Positions 43,419 through 53,632 of a DNA stretch of 64,000 bases are shown here, in pieces; the first letter of the stretch is position 1, and the number at the start of each line of letters is the position of its first letter. Under the pieces are notes generated by a model. That model had not been told where the DNA came from, ran no database searches, and was given only the letters and a program-made list of their open reading frames with translations. A program made the position numbers and the translations under genes. Source of the stretch: Candidatus Nanopelagicales bacterium (GTDB lineage: Bacteria; Actinomycetota; Actinomycetes; S36-B12); contig JANRCR010000018.1 of assembly GCA_030726915.1 (NCBI GenBank), forward strand, positions 44,814 to 108,813, given 5' to 3'.

Positions 43419-44926
43419 GCAGCCCGAAGGCTTTTGTCGACGCCATTGGCGAGTTCGAGCCGGTCATCGGCATGGAGGTCCATGTCGAGTTGGGCACCGA
43501 GTCGAAGATGTTTTGCGGATGTCCCACGCGGTTCGGCGCACCCCCCAACACGCAGGTGTGTCCGGTGTGTCTGGGCCTGCCCGGATCGATGCCCGTGATG
43601 AATGCCGCCGCCATCGAGTCCATCATCCGCATAGGCCTCGCCCTGAATTGCTCCATCGTCGAGTGGTGCCGGATGTCGCGCAAGAATTACTTCTATCCCG
43701 ACATGCCCAAGGACTACCAGATCAGTCAGTACGACGAGCCGCTGTGCGTCGATGGATATCTGGATGTCACCGTGGCAACCGCAGACGGTCCGCTCACCGT
43801 GCGAGTAGAGATTGAGCGAGTGCACCTCGAGGAGGATACGGGCAAGCTCACCCACTCCGGGGGTTCGACCGGGCGGATCCATGGGGCCGATCACTCGCTC
43901 GTGGACTACAACCGCGCGGGTATTCCGCTGGTGGAGATTGTGACACGACCGGTGACGGGCACGGGTGCGCTCGCCCCCGAGGTCGCCCGCGCCTACGTCA
44001 CTGAGTTGCGCGATCTCGTGCGGGGCCTGGGGGTGTCGGATGTCAAGATGGAAGAGGGGTCGCTGCGCTGTGATGCCAATGTGTCCCTGAACAGACCGGG
44101 CGATTCGCTGGGCACCCGGTCGGAGACCAAAAACGTCAACTCCCTGCGATCCGTTGAGCAGGCCGTGCGGTCAGAGATTCAACGGCAGGCAGGGGTGCTT
44201 GCCGCGGGTGGTCGGGTCGTTCAGGAGACTCGTCACTTCCACGAGGACACCGGTGTCACCACGCCGGGGCGCTCGAAGGAACAGGCAGAGGACTACCGCT
44301 ACTTCCCGGAGCCGGACCTGGTGCCACTCGCACCCTCGCGCGCGTGGGTGGACGAATTGCGGGCCGCACTGCCGGAGCAGCCATCCGTGCATCGAGCACG
44401 TCTGGCGCACACGTGGGGCATCGGTGACTTCGAGATGGTCTCCCTGGTCAATGCCGGCGTGCTTGACCTCGTGGAGCAGTCGGTGGCCGCTGGTCTCGCA
44501 CCCGATGCTGCGCGCAAGTGGTGGGCGGGGGAACTCACGCGGGCGGCAGGTGAGCGGGGTGTTGATCCGGCGGATCTGCCGGTGACGGCGCAGGACATCA
44601 TCCGCGTGGAGGAACTCATCGCGGTCGGCGCCCTCAATGACCAACTGGCCCGTCAGGTTTTTGAAGGGGTCATCGCTGGCGAGGGCCGACCCGATGAGGT
44701 CGTTGCCGCGCGTGCGCTTGCGGTGGTCTCCGATGATGGTGCGTTGCTAGCGGCCATCGACGATGCGCTGAGTGCACAGCCCGATATTGCGGAGAAGATT
44801 CGCGGTGGCAAGGTGCAGGCGGCGGGTGCCATCGTGGGAGCGGTGATGAAGGCGACGCGTGGCCAGGCCGATGCGAGCAGGGTGCGTGCGCTACTCCTGG
44901 AGCGCCTGGGTGTGGAAGACGCCTAG
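43415..44926 (+). CDS. gatB: Asp/Glu-tRNA amidotransferase subunit B
   Basis: [23 protein letters not shown] start region. GTG 43415 overlaps the gatA TGA (GTGA). The track's 43379 start lies inside gatA. Confidence 0.95.
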   Translation: MSSPKAFVDAIGEFEPVIGMEVHVELGTESKMFCGCPTRFGAPPNTQVCPVCLGLPGSMPVMNAAAIESIIRIGLALNCSIVEWCRMSRKNYFYPDMPKDYQISQYDEPLCVDGYLDVTVATADGPLTVRVEIERVHLEEDTGKLTHSGGSTGRIHGADHSLVDYNRAGIPLVEIVTRPVTGTGALAPEVARAYVTELRDLVRGLGVSDVKMEEGSLRCDANVSLNRPGDSLGTRSETKNVNSLRSVEQAVRSEIQRQAGVLAAGGRVVQETRHFHEDTGVTTPGRSKEQAEDYRYFPEPDLVPLAPSRAWVDELRAALPEQPSVHRARLAHTWGIGDFEMVSLVNAGVLDLVEQSVAAGLAPDAARKWWAGELTRAAGERGVDPADLPVTAQDIIRVEELIAVGALNDQLARQVFEGVIAGEGRPDEVVAARALAVVSDDGALLAAIDDALSAQPDIAEKIRGGKVQAAGAIVGAVMKATRGQADASRVRALLLERLGVEDA

Positions 44927-45993
44927 GCAGGAGTAAGGGCGAGGATTCGATCATCCGCGTCCCGGGGGTCCCCGCGACCGTCCGTGTTGGACGTGACGAG
45001 CCAGAGCGTCCCGTCCGGCATCGCCTGGATGGTGCGTAACCGGCCGAGGCTCCCGAGGTCCAAGGCGATGGGTGTGCCCGCACGATCGCCCACGAGAGGG
45101 ACCTGCCACACCACCTCTCCGCGCAACGAGGCGACGTAGGCCACGTCTCCCAGGATGGCGACACCGCTGGGCGACGCGAGTGAGGTCGGAGCCCACTGGG
45201 CCTGGGGATCGATGTAGTCGGTTCCTCCACCCGTGCCCTCCACAGCGGGCCAGCCGTAGTTGCCCCCGGGGGTGATGAGGTTGAGTTCATCCGCGATATT
45301 CGTGCCGAACTCCGTCGCCCAGAGGCGACCGGCAGAGTCGAAGGCGAGGCCCTGGACATTGCGATGACCCAGGCTCCACACGGCGGAGTCGGGGAAGGGA
45401 TTATCGCGGGGGATGGACCCATCGGGGGAGGTGCGCAGGATCTTTCCCGCGAGGGAGTCCAGGTCCTGCGCGCTATCGGGCTCCCCTGCGTCACCCGTTG
45501 CGACGTAGAGGTCGCCCTCGGGCCCGAAGGCAATGCGACCGCCGTTGTGAATGTCTGCCTTTGGGATGCCCGTGAGGATGTTTTCGCGGGGACCCGATGG
45601 GTCCTCCAGGGGCATGCGGATGACGCGATTGTCATCGGCGGTCGTGACGTAGGCGTAGAGCCACTGCGATGTGGGATCGACGGCGATGCCCAGCAATCCA
45701 CCTTCACCCGCCGCCATGGTCTGCGCCACCCGTGTCACCTCGACAGGAGGTGCGTTGACGTCAATACGCAGGATCCGGCCGGTGTCGCGCTCGCTCACGA
45801 GAGCGGATCCGTCGGGTGCGGGAGTCAGACCCCAGGGGCTGACCAGGCCCCGGGCTGGTTCGCTGCTGACCGAGATGGTCGGTGCCACGGCGGATGGGGT
45901 CGCTGGGGGAGGTGCCGCTGGTGTCGCCGCGGGTGAGCAGGACGCGGTGAGGAGGGTCAGCAGACCCGCGCCGGCAATCGCATGAAACGACAC
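44923..45993 (-). CDS. PQQ-dependent sugar dehydrogenase (soluble glucose/sorbosone dehydrogenase-like beta-propeller), probable lipoprotein
   Basis: [20 protein letters not shown] and [14 protein letters not shown] motifs. N-terminal LLTLLTASC lipobox-like signal. Start uncertain: GTG 45993 was chosen because the track's 46125 start would overlap the divergent gene at 46063. Confidence 0.8.
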   Translation of the reverse strand: MSFHAIAGAGLLTLLTASCSPAATPAAPPPATPSAVAPTISVSSEPARGLVSPWGLTPAPDGSALVSERDTGRILRIDVNAPPVEVTRVAQTMAAGEGGLLGIAVDPTSQWLYAYVTTADDNRVIRMPLEDPSGPRENILTGIPKADIHNGGRIAFGPEGDLYVATGDAGEPDSAQDLDSLAGKILRTSPDGSIPRDNPFPDSAVWSLGHRNVQGLAFDSAGRLWATEFGTNIADELNLITPGGNYGWPAVEGTGGGTDYIDPQAQWAPTSLASPSGVAILGDVAYVASLRGEVVWQVPLVGDRAGTPIALDLGSLGRLRTIQAMPDGTLWLVTSNTDGRGDPRDADDRILALTPA

Positions 45994-46062
45994 CCTCCCA
46001 CTATGCGGTGAGCGGTGACGGCACGCTACTCGACGCGACCGGTCATGTGGTGAAGTAGGGGC

Positions 46063-46956
46063 GTGATCGTGCTGCCGAATGAGATTGCCGCTCAGATGGA
46101 GGCCCTGGGGCTGCGGGTGGATCATCCGGTCGTCGTGTGGGACGGACCGCCAGATCCTGCTCCGGCCGGTTGTCGTTTTTACGTGCCGGCGTACATGGCG
46201 GGTGAATGGGCCATGACCGCCATGGCGGACATGCCTCTACTCGAAGTGTGTCAACTCCCCACAGCCGGATATGAGCACGCATTGATGCACCTGCCGCCCG
46301 GGGTGACACTGTGCAATGCGGCGGGAGTCCACGATACGAGCACGGCCGAGCTGGCGGTAGGACTCATCCTGGCGCGACTACGGTGTTTAGACGATGGAGC
46401 CCGCGCGATGTCGAGTGGGCGATTCCGCCATGGTCGCTTCGAGGCGCTGGCGGATAAGCACGTCGTCATCATCGGAGCCGGTGGCATAGGTCGGGCACTC
46501 GCGCGGCGTCTCGAGGGCTTCGAATGCCACGTCACCCTCGTGGCGCGGACATCGCGTGACGGGGTACGGGCGCGGGAGGAACTGCCCGACCTGCTCCCGG
46601 TGGCTGATGTTGTCGTGCTGGCGGTTCCTCTCGATGAGACGACCCGCGGCCTGGTCGATGCCACGTTCTTGAAGCGGATGAAAGACGGGTCCCTGCTGGT
46701 GAACGTCGCCCGCGGGGCCGTCGCCGACACCGATGCTCTCCTCGCCGAGGCAGGCCGACTGCAGTTTGCCTTGGACGTGACCGACCCGGAGCCCCTACCT
46801 CCCGGACATCCCCTGTGGCAATCTCCCGGGGTCCTCATCAGCCCCCACGTCGGTGGCAACACCAGCGCATTCCTACCCCGCGTTGCCCGACTCGTCGACG
46901 AGCAGGCCCGGCGCTGGATCTCGGGTGAGTCGGTGCTCCATGTGATCGTGTCCTAG
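46063..46956 (+). CDS. D-isomer-specific 2-hydroxyacid dehydrogenase family protein
   Basis: 297 aa. NAD motif VVIIGAGGIGRALARRL, and an R/E/H catalytic set (VARG, DVTDPEP, SPHVGG). Confidence 0.85.
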   Translation: MIVLPNEIAAQMEALGLRVDHPVVVWDGPPDPAPAGCRFYVPAYMAGEWAMTAMADMPLLEVCQLPTAGYEHALMHLPPGVTLCNAAGVHDTSTAELAVGLILARLRCLDDGARAMSSGRFRHGRFEALADKHVVIIGAGGIGRALARRLEGFECHVTLVARTSRDGVRAREELPDLLPVADVVVLAVPLDETTRGLVDATFLKRMKDGSLLVNVARGAVADTDALLAEAGRLQFALDVTDPEPLPPGHPLWQSPGVLISPHVGGNTSAFLPRVARLVDEQARRWISGESVLHVIVS

Positions 46957-46965
46957 TCTGGAGTT

Positions 46966-48663
46966 ATGTCCCAGACCCCTGACATCAAGCCCCGCTCCCG
47001 CGACGTCACAGACGGATTGGAGCGCACGGCTGCCCGCGGCATGTTGCGGGCCGTCGGCATGGGCGATGAGGATTTCGTGAAGCCTCAGATCGGCATTGCG
47101 TCGTCGTGGAACGAGATCACCCCCTGCAATCTGTCACTCGAGCGCCTGGCCAAGACAGCCAAGGAGGGGGTCCACGCGGCGGGGGGCTTCCCGATGCAAT
47201 TTGGCACCATCTCTGTCTCGGATGGCATTTCGATGGGGCACGAAGGAATGCATTTCTCCCTCGTTTCACGGGAGATCATCGCGGACTCCGTCGAGGCTGT
47301 GATGCAGGCGGAGCGGCTCGACGGCATGGTGACGTTTGCCGGGTGCGATAAGAGCCTCCCGGGGATGCTCATGGCTGCAGCGCGTCTGGATCTGGCGAGT
47401 GTCTTCGTGTACGCCGGATCCATCCTGCCGGGTTTTGCCAAACTCACCGACGGCACCGAGAAGACCGTGACCATCATCGATGCCTTCGAGGCCGTGGGAG
47501 CTTGCGCGCGGGGTCTGATGTCTCGAGAGGATGTCGACATCATTGAGCGCGCCATCTGCCCGGGTGAGGGCGCCTGCGGAGGCATGTACACCGCTAACAC
47601 GATGGCCAGTGCCGCGGAAGCCATGGGCATGTCGCTTCCGGGATCAGCGGCTCCCCCCGCTGTCGATCGACGCCGCGATGGGATCTCACGCCGTTCGGGT
47701 GAGGCTGTTGTCGAACTCATCCGACAGGGCATCACGGCGCGCGACATCATCACGCGTCAGTCCTTGGAGAACGCCATCGCGGTGCTGATGGCCTTCGGCG
47801 GTTCCACCAATGCCGTGCTGCACCTCCTCGCTATCGCGCACGAGGCGCACGTGGAATTGGATATGGAAGATTTCCATCGGATCGGCTCCAAGGTCCCGCT
47901 GCTGGCCGACGTCAAGCCGTTCGGTCGCTACGTCATGAGTGATGTGGATCGCGTCGGCGGCGTACCCGTCGTCATGCGAGCGCTCCTGGATGCCGGACTT
48001 CTTCACGGCGACTGTTTGACCGTCACGGGCAAGACCGTGGCCGAAAACCTGGATCAGATCGACCCACCGGACCCGGACGGCGACATTCTCCACGCGTCAA
48101 CGTCGGCTCTGGCGCCCACGGGCGGCATCACGATCCTGTCCGGCTCGCTCGCCCCCGAGGGTGCTGTGGTCAAGAATGCGGGCATTGAGGTGGAGTCCTT
48201 TGAAGGCACCGCACGCGTTTTTGAGCGCGAGCAGGCCGCCATGGCGGCGCTGGAGGATGGCACGATCCAGGCGGGGGACGTCATCATCATTCGCTATGAG
48301 GGTCCCAAGGGGGGCCCGGGGATGCGCGAGATGCTCATGATCACCGGGGCCATCAAGGGTGCCGGTCTCGGCAAGGATGTCCTCCTCATCACCGATGGCC
48401 GTTTCTCCGGCGGCACGACCGGCCTGTGTGTCGGTCACGTCGCGCCCGAAGCGGTCGACGGTGGGCCTATCGGGCTGGTCCACACGGGAGATCGGATCCG
48501 CATCGACATTCCATCCCGCACCCTCGACCTCTTTGTGGATGATGGCGAACTTGCTCGACGGCGGGCCGACTTTGAGCCGCTGCCTCCGCGCTACACCCGT
48601 GGGGTCCTGGCCAAGTACGTCAAGTTGGTGGGCTCCGCCAGTCGCGGCGCCGTCTGCGACTGA
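46966..48663 (+). CDS. ilvD: Dihydroxy-acid dehydratase (IlvD/Edd family), canonical-looking copy
   Basis: 565 aa. [34 protein letters not shown], and [16 protein letters not shown]. Closely resembles the mycobacterial IlvD as I recall it. Confidence 0.93.
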   Translation: MSQTPDIKPRSRDVTDGLERTAARGMLRAVGMGDEDFVKPQIGIASSWNEITPCNLSLERLAKTAKEGVHAAGGFPMQFGTISVSDGISMGHEGMHFSLVSREIIADSVEAVMQAERLDGMVTFAGCDKSLPGMLMAAARLDLASVFVYAGSILPGFAKLTDGTEKTVTIIDAFEAVGACARGLMSREDVDIIERAICPGEGACGGMYTANTMASAAEAMGMSLPGSAAPPAVDRRRDGISRRSGEAVVELIRQGITARDIITRQSLENAIAVLMAFGGSTNAVLHLLAIAHEAHVELDMEDFHRIGSKVPLLADVKPFGRYVMSDVDRVGGVPVVMRALLDAGLLHGDCLTVTGKTVAENLDQIDPPDPDGDILHASTSALAPTGGITILSGSLAPEGAVVKNAGIEVESFEGTARVFEREQAAMAALEDGTIQAGDVIIIRYEGPKGGPGMREMLMITGAIKGAGLGKDVLLITDGRFSGGTTGLCVGHVAPEAVDGGPIGLVHTGDRIRIDIPSRTLDLFVDDGELARRRADFEPLPPRYTRGVLAKYVKLVGSASRGAVCD

Positions 48664-48692
48664 GGAGATCTATGTAAATCGTTGGCCACCTG

Positions 48693-49121
48693 GTGTGCGC
48701 CGGACTCAACTACGCCGATCACGCTGCGGAGTCGGGTATGGCCATCCCGGAGGAGCCACTGCTCTTCACCAAGGCTCCCAACACGGTGGTGGATCCTCTG
48801 GATGATGTGCTGATTCCGCGGGGTGCGACCAAGGTCGACTACGAGGTCGATGTCGCTGCAGGTGTGGATCTCTGGCTCGATGTCGATGGGGTCCGCCGCC
48901 AGACCGGGAGTACGACGTCCCTGGTATTCGGGTTCGATGTGCTTGTCCACTACATCAGTCAATTCCTGGTGCTGGACCCCGGAGATCTCATCAACACCGG
49001 CACCCCACCCGGCGTGGCGATGGGCGTGGCGACCCCCGAGTGGGTGCAGCCGGGGCAGGTCGTCAGCGCGGGCATTACAGGTCTCGGTCAGCAGCACAAT
49101 CGCTTTGTGTCCGTCCCCTAG
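48693..49121 (+). pseudogene. Fumarylacetoacetate hydrolase (FAH) family remnant
   Basis: 142 aa. Retains GLNYADHAAESGMAIPEEPLLFTKAPNTVV and C-terminal LDPGDLINTGTPPGVAMG. Roughly 50-70 aa of the metal-binding core is missing between DYEVDV and LWLDVDG. An in-frame TAA sits immediately upstream of the IVGHLVCAG start of the domain. Confidence 0.6.
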
Positions 49122-49145
49122 TGTCACCGGGCCCCAACGGCGTGG

Positions 49146-49937
49146 TCACATGTCCCGGTAGGCATCCCAGTCGGCACCGGCGGTGAGGCCCCCGTCGATA
49201 ACAATGGATTGCCCGGTGATCCAACTGGAGGCATCGCTGGCGAGGAAAACGATGGATCCGACGACCTCAGCAGGATCTCCCAGGCGCCCCAGGGGAGTGA
49301 CGTGGTCGAACCACCGTTGGCGATGGTCCTCTCCCCACAGCGGCTTGGTGAACTCCGTCTTGATGACGAAGGGCTCGATGCAATTGACCCGGATCCGATC
49401 AGACGCCCACTCCCGGGCGCAACTGCGGGTCATGGAGGTCACCGCAGCCTTGGTGGCGGCATAGACGGAGATCGTGGCAAAACTGAACCGCGCACTGAGC
49501 GAACTGAGATTCACGATGCTGCCACCACCGCCAGCAGCCATGAGGGGATGTGCTGCCTGGCTGGTGAAGTAGACGGACCGCATGTTGACGGCAGCGATGG
49601 CATCGAAGTCGTCCGCGGTGACCTCACTGATTGGCTTGCGACGGTTGATCCCGGCTCCGTTGATGAGGACATCCAGCCCCCCGAGCAGGGCGTGCGCTTC
49701 GCGAACGACAGCACCGCAGGCATCCGGGTCGGCCAGGTCGGCGGGGAGGGTGATGGCGGTGCCCCCCGCAGCCTCGACCGCTTGGCGCACGGGACCTAGC
49801 TTGTCGGCGGAGATATCCTGCAGGGCGAGCCGTGCGCCACGCTCAGCCAGCGCGGTGGCGACGACCGATCCGATGGCCCCCCCGGCCCCGGTGAGGAGGA
49901 TGGTGCGTCCGTTGAGGGAGAAGAGCGGATCGGTCAC
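49146..49937 (-). CDS. SDR family oxidoreductase (gluconate-5-dehydrogenase/KduD-like)
   Basis: 263 aa. [18 protein letters not shown], and YAATKAAV (YxxxK). GTG start overlaps the upstream stop (GTGA at 49934-49937). Confidence 0.88.
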   Translation of the reverse strand: MTDPLFSLNGRTILLTGAGGAIGSVVATALAERGARLALQDISADKLGPVRQAVEAAGGTAITLPADLADPDACGAVVREAHALLGGLDVLINGAGINRRKPISEVTADDFDAIAAVNMRSVYFTSQAAHPLMAAGGGGSIVNLSSLSARFSFATISVYAATKAAVTSMTRSCAREWASDRIRVNCIEPFVIKTEFTKPLWGEDHRQRWFDHVTPLGRLGDPAEVVGSIVFLASDASSWITGQSIVIDGGLTAGADWDAYRDM

Positions 49938-51721
49938 AGGGCACTCCTGATCAGGTCGGTTGATGTGAGGGACAGCGGGGGGACCTCGATGGTGTCATTG
50001 ATGGTGCCGGTGAAGCGGATGGAGCGCGGGGAATCCTCGAGGTTGAGGATGAGGGCGCGCAGCTGCCCCGTGGCGGAGGCGAGGATGAGGGCATCGGCGA
50101 CCTCGGGTTGATCTGAGGTCGTGGGGTGCACGAGGGAGAAGCCCTCCAGTGCGCGCAGGAGGCCGTAGACCGGGAATTCCTCACCGGGACCTGAGGGGAA
50201 AGCATCAGGATCTGCCGAGCCGGAGTCGCGCTCGCGCAGGCCACGCCAGCCGAGGGCTTCGAAGTACGTCACGGCGTCCACCGAGCCCGCGAGGGCGCGC
50301 AGGGAAAGCGCGGTCCAGGCAGCGCCGAGCCAGGTCCGTTGACGATCATCCACGGATGCCGGCAGATCCGTGCTGCTCACATCTGCATCCGGATCCGTGG
50401 CGTTGGGATTGAATCGTGGTCGCAGACTCACCGGACCGATATGCAGGCGCGCACCGTGGGCGATTGATGTTGCATCCCGGGCGATGATGCCGTGGCTTGC
50501 GGTGTTTTGCAGGATTGAACGATCGTCATGTGCGTGCACCTGGGGATTGAGGGAGAACCCAAGCCAGGTCGCTCCGCTCATGTCGGGATGCTGCCGGTTG
50601 ATCTCGGTGAAGTAGTGATCGGTGCCTGCGCACCAGGGCAGATCAGCACCCAGGGCATCCCGGGCCACCCGTTGCTGAGCCGAGGACGTGACCGACTCGT
50701 CACGACGGAGGACCATCCATGAGTCGACGAGAGGCGCCACCTCATCCACCGTGGGGCGCAGTGAGGAATAGGCAGCATCGTCGGCATCGATCAGCCGCAC
50801 GTGCAGCCGCGTTGCTGTCCGGATGGCCACGTCGTACGCGGCACGAAGATCGCCCGCCGGATCCGGTCCGGTCGCGTCGATGGTGATGAGCAGATGGTTG
50901 AGGCCGAGGTGGCGGATGGAGTCGACCTCATCATCAGACCATGGGAGATCGGTGATCTGGGTGCCGAGAAGGGGGAGTCGCACCGTGTCAGCGCCGACGT
51001 CAATGGTGACGACGTCGGAGGTGATGACATCGGACTCGGTGGCCGTGGGGGCGACCGCGTAGGTGCCCACTGTGTTGAGCGTCAAGCGGACCGACTGGCG
51101 GATGACATCCTCAGGGGTCACCTCGACGGGGAAGCTCAGGGCGATGGGTGTGCAGTAGGTCTTGTAGGAGGCGTCGCTCCAATTGCGATGGTCCTCGGTC
51201 TCGAAGACCTCCCCGCTGAAGTCCAGTCGGGTGTCCACACCATCGACTGCCGGATATTTCATCCAGCGAACGTCCATAAACGGCTGATGTGCAGCGATGC
51301 GATCGGGAAACGCCGTGACACTGGTCTCGCCGGATGCGTGTCCGATCGTGCATGCGCGTCCGGGGAATCCCGCCATGGGATGGAGTAGGCAGATGCCCAG
51401 GCGGTTGCGCAGGAAGGCGGATGGGGTGTCTCCCTCAATGGAATATGTGATTTCACCGTCGGGGGAGCCGGTCACGTGACCCCTCCACGTGAAGGGACTG
51501 GCGTCGAAGGTGCCACGGGCTCGTACATCAATCTGGAATGAGTCCTGCTCGGTCTCGATGGACTCCGACTCGATGATCCACGGGCGAGCCGTCCAGTTGC
51601 GATCTTGGAAGACAACGTAGATGCGTCGCACAATCTCCTGGTTGCCGAGTCGGATGCATCGCAGATCACCCGAGTCGTAGTCGACCTGGAGCGGACCCGC
51701 GGTGAGACGTTGACGGGTCAC
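49934..51721 (-). CDS. Hypothetical protein with no motif recognised by eye
   Basis: 595 aa when started at GTG 51721 (Val64 of ORF 49934..51910), which overlaps the upstream Gfo/Idh/MocA stop as GTGA. Ordinary, non-shadow-like composition. Possibly two domains (N-terminal beta-rich, C-terminal barrel-like), but that is a guess. Confidence 0.7.
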   Translation of the reverse strand: MTRQRLTAGPLQVDYDSGDLRCIRLGNQEIVRRIYVVFQDRNWTARPWIIESESIETEQDSFQIDVRARGTFDASPFTWRGHVTGSPDGEITYSIEGDTPSAFLRNRLGICLLHPMAGFPGRACTIGHASGETSVTAFPDRIAAHQPFMDVRWMKYPAVDGVDTRLDFSGEVFETEDHRNWSDASYKTYCTPIALSFPVEVTPEDVIRQSVRLTLNTVGTYAVAPTATESDVITSDVVTIDVGADTVRLPLLGTQITDLPWSDDEVDSIRHLGLNHLLITIDATGPDPAGDLRAAYDVAIRTATRLHVRLIDADDAAYSSLRPTVDEVAPLVDSWMVLRRDESVTSSAQQRVARDALGADLPWCAGTDHYFTEINRQHPDMSGATWLGFSLNPQVHAHDDRSILQNTASHGIIARDATSIAHGARLHIGPVSLRPRFNPNATDPDADVSSTDLPASVDDRQRTWLGAAWTALSLRALAGSVDAVTYFEALGWRGLRERDSGSADPDAFPSGPGEEFPVYGLLRALEGFSLVHPTTSDQPEVADALILASATGQLRALILNLEDSPRSIRFTGTINDTIEVPPLSLTSTDLIRSAL

Positions 51722-52746
51722 AGCGCAGATCCGACCGGATAGGGCAGTCCGCTCTCGAGGGACTCGTAGGCACCCAGTGTGATGTCGAGCAGTCGCAGGG
51801 TGTCCTCGCCGGACGTCTCCGGGGTGCGACCCGACCGGAGGCAGTCGATGAAATGTCGCTGGACGTTCACCACGCTGTCCTGAATGCCATTCCATGGCTC
51901 CGACGCCCACGGGTGGTGGGGGATACGCAGGTCCTCATGCGTGACCTGATCGCCAGAGACGACCTGGAGGCGATAGTCGGGTCCGAGCGTGACCGCTCCC
52001 TCGGTGCCCTCCAGGGTGACGAACGTCTGGGGATAGGTGAGGTGGTCGGCGTAGGTCTCATAACTCGCATCGACAATGCAGGTGGCCTCGGGCATGCGCA
52101 TGAGGACGGTGGCCACATCCTCGCCACGGATGCGCGGATTGACGCGGAGCGCCTGCGTGTAGAGGCTCGTGGGCTCGCCGATGAAGAAGCGTGCGAGGTC
52201 AAAGAGGTGGACCGCCACATCGACAATGATCATCCGCTCACTGTCGATGAGCCATGGCTGATTGGCGTAGCAGTCGAAGTTGGTGCGGAAGCTGATCCGG
52301 CCGAAAAAGGGACGACCAATCGCCCCGCTATCGATCACCTCCCTGATCCGTCTCATCGGATACTGGAAGCGGAAGTTCTCGTGCACCATAAAGGTGAGAT
52401 TCCGCGCAGCCATGGCATCAACCATCGCCTTGGCATCACTCATCTCCCATGCGAGGGGTTTTTGGCAGATGGCAGCGACACCATGCTCAGCGGCAAGCTC
52501 GACCATCTCTCGATGGGTGGGCGGTGTCGTGGCGATATCCACGAAGTCGATGTCCTCAGTGGCGAGAAGTTCGCGAGCATCGAGGTAGGGACGTGCACCG
52601 AATTCGGCCGCTGCTGCATCCGCCCGCTCACGATCGATGTCGCAGACGGCGACGACGTCGACCTCGGGCATACCGGCCCACGCGTGCAGGTGATTCTGGG
52701 CAAAGAAGCCCGTCCCGATGACGGCCACACGGAAAGGGGAGTTCAC
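51718..52746 (-). CDS. Gfo/Idh/MocA family oxidoreductase
   Basis: FRVAVIGTGFFAQNH Rossmann start, and ICQKPLA (EKP-type motif). Start placed at GTG 52746 (Val12 of the track ORF), overlapping the rhodanese TGA as GTGA. Confidence 0.88.
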   Translation of the reverse strand: MNSPFRVAVIGTGFFAQNHLHAWAGMPEVDVVAVCDIDRERADAAAAEFGARPYLDARELLATEDIDFVDIATTPPTHREMVELAAEHGVAAICQKPLAWEMSDAKAMVDAMAARNLTFMVHENFRFQYPMRRIREVIDSGAIGRPFFGRISFRTNFDCYANQPWLIDSERMIIVDVAVHLFDLARFFIGEPTSLYTQALRVNPRIRGEDVATVLMRMPEATCIVDASYETYADHLTYPQTFVTLEGTEGAVTLGPDYRLQVVSGDQVTHEDLRIPHHPWASEPWNGIQDSVVNVQRHFIDCLRSGRTPETSGEDTLRLLDITLGAYESLESGLPYPVGSAL

Positions 52747-53591
52747 AACTCCACCGGCCGTGACGGGTCGGTGATCCATTCACTCCACGATCCGACGTAC
52801 ATGCGAGCCCCGTCCAATCCTGCGATCGTCATGGCAAGGACATTTTGGGCTGCCGTGATGCCGGAGCCGCAGTAGAAGATGACGTCATGGGGATCCTGGT
52901 CACCAATCAACTCCCCATAGTGGCGTCGCAACTCATCCGCGGTGCGGTAGCGACGGTCCCCATCGAGGGTGTGGGCTCGATCGGCCAGACCCGCACCGGC
53001 GATATGGCCACGCACCGGATCGTGGTAGACGCCTCTGCCGTGATAGCCCTCGGCACCGCGAGAGTCAAAAACCCGCGTGGGAGTGAGTTGCCGTGCGCGA
53101 TCCACCTCACTGACGTCGGCGAGGAGGTCGGGGCGGGGTCGGGCAATAAAATTCGTGGTGGGCCTGAGGCGAACGGCGGACTCGGTGGGCGCTTCGGCAG
53201 CCAGCCATGCCTGCCAGCCGCCGTCGAGCACGGCGACGCGCTCGTGGCCCATCCATCGGAGCATGAGCCACACGCGGGCGGCTGACATGAGGCCGCCATC
53301 CGCGTCATACACCACGACCTGACTGTCGGAGTCGATGCCCCAGGAACTGAGGTGCTCGGCGAAGACCTCGACGGCAGGAAAGGGACGTCGGCCGGTGACG
53401 CCGGCCACGATCGGGCCCGAGAGGTGGCGGGCTGTGTCGGCTCGTTGGGCTCCGGGGATGTGGGCCTCGGCGTAGACGGCATCCCCCCACGCCTCATCAT
53501 CAAGGGAGAAGCGTGCATCAAGGATGACCAGGTGCGGATCGTTCCCGTGAGCGCGCAGGGCATCGACGTCGATCAGGGTCCGGTGATCCAT
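52743..53591 (-). CDS. Two-domain rhodanese sulfurtransferase, 3-mercaptopyruvate sulfurtransferase type (SseA-like)
   Basis: 282 aa from ATG 53591 (Met44 of the track ORF). Active-site loop [11 protein letters not shown] matches the MST-type CG[ST]G[VI]T. An inactive N-terminal rhodanese domain precedes it. Confidence 0.85.
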   Translation of the reverse strand: MDHRTLIDVDALRAHGNDPHLVILDARFSLDDEAWGDAVYAEAHIPGAQRADTARHLSGPIVAGVTGRRPFPAVEVFAEHLSSWGIDSDSQVVVYDADGGLMSAARVWLMLRWMGHERVAVLDGGWQAWLAAEAPTESAVRLRPTTNFIARPRPDLLADVSEVDRARQLTPTRVFDSRGAEGYHGRGVYHDPVRGHIAGAGLADRAHTLDGDRRYRTADELRRHYGELIGDQDPHDVIFYCGSGITAAQNVLAMTIAGLDGARMYVGSWSEWITDPSRPVEL

Positions 53592-53632
53592 GGGGAAATA
53601 CTCGCAGTCCGGTTTGTGCCTATTGTGGAGGG

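Noticed and set aside
51722-51910. 63-codon N-terminal extension of the 595-aa hypothetical protein
   Set aside because: It lies entirely inside the Gfo/Idh/MocA gene in another frame. A GTG forming a GTGA overlap with the upstream stop gives the pattern seen at the other two junctions of this operon.
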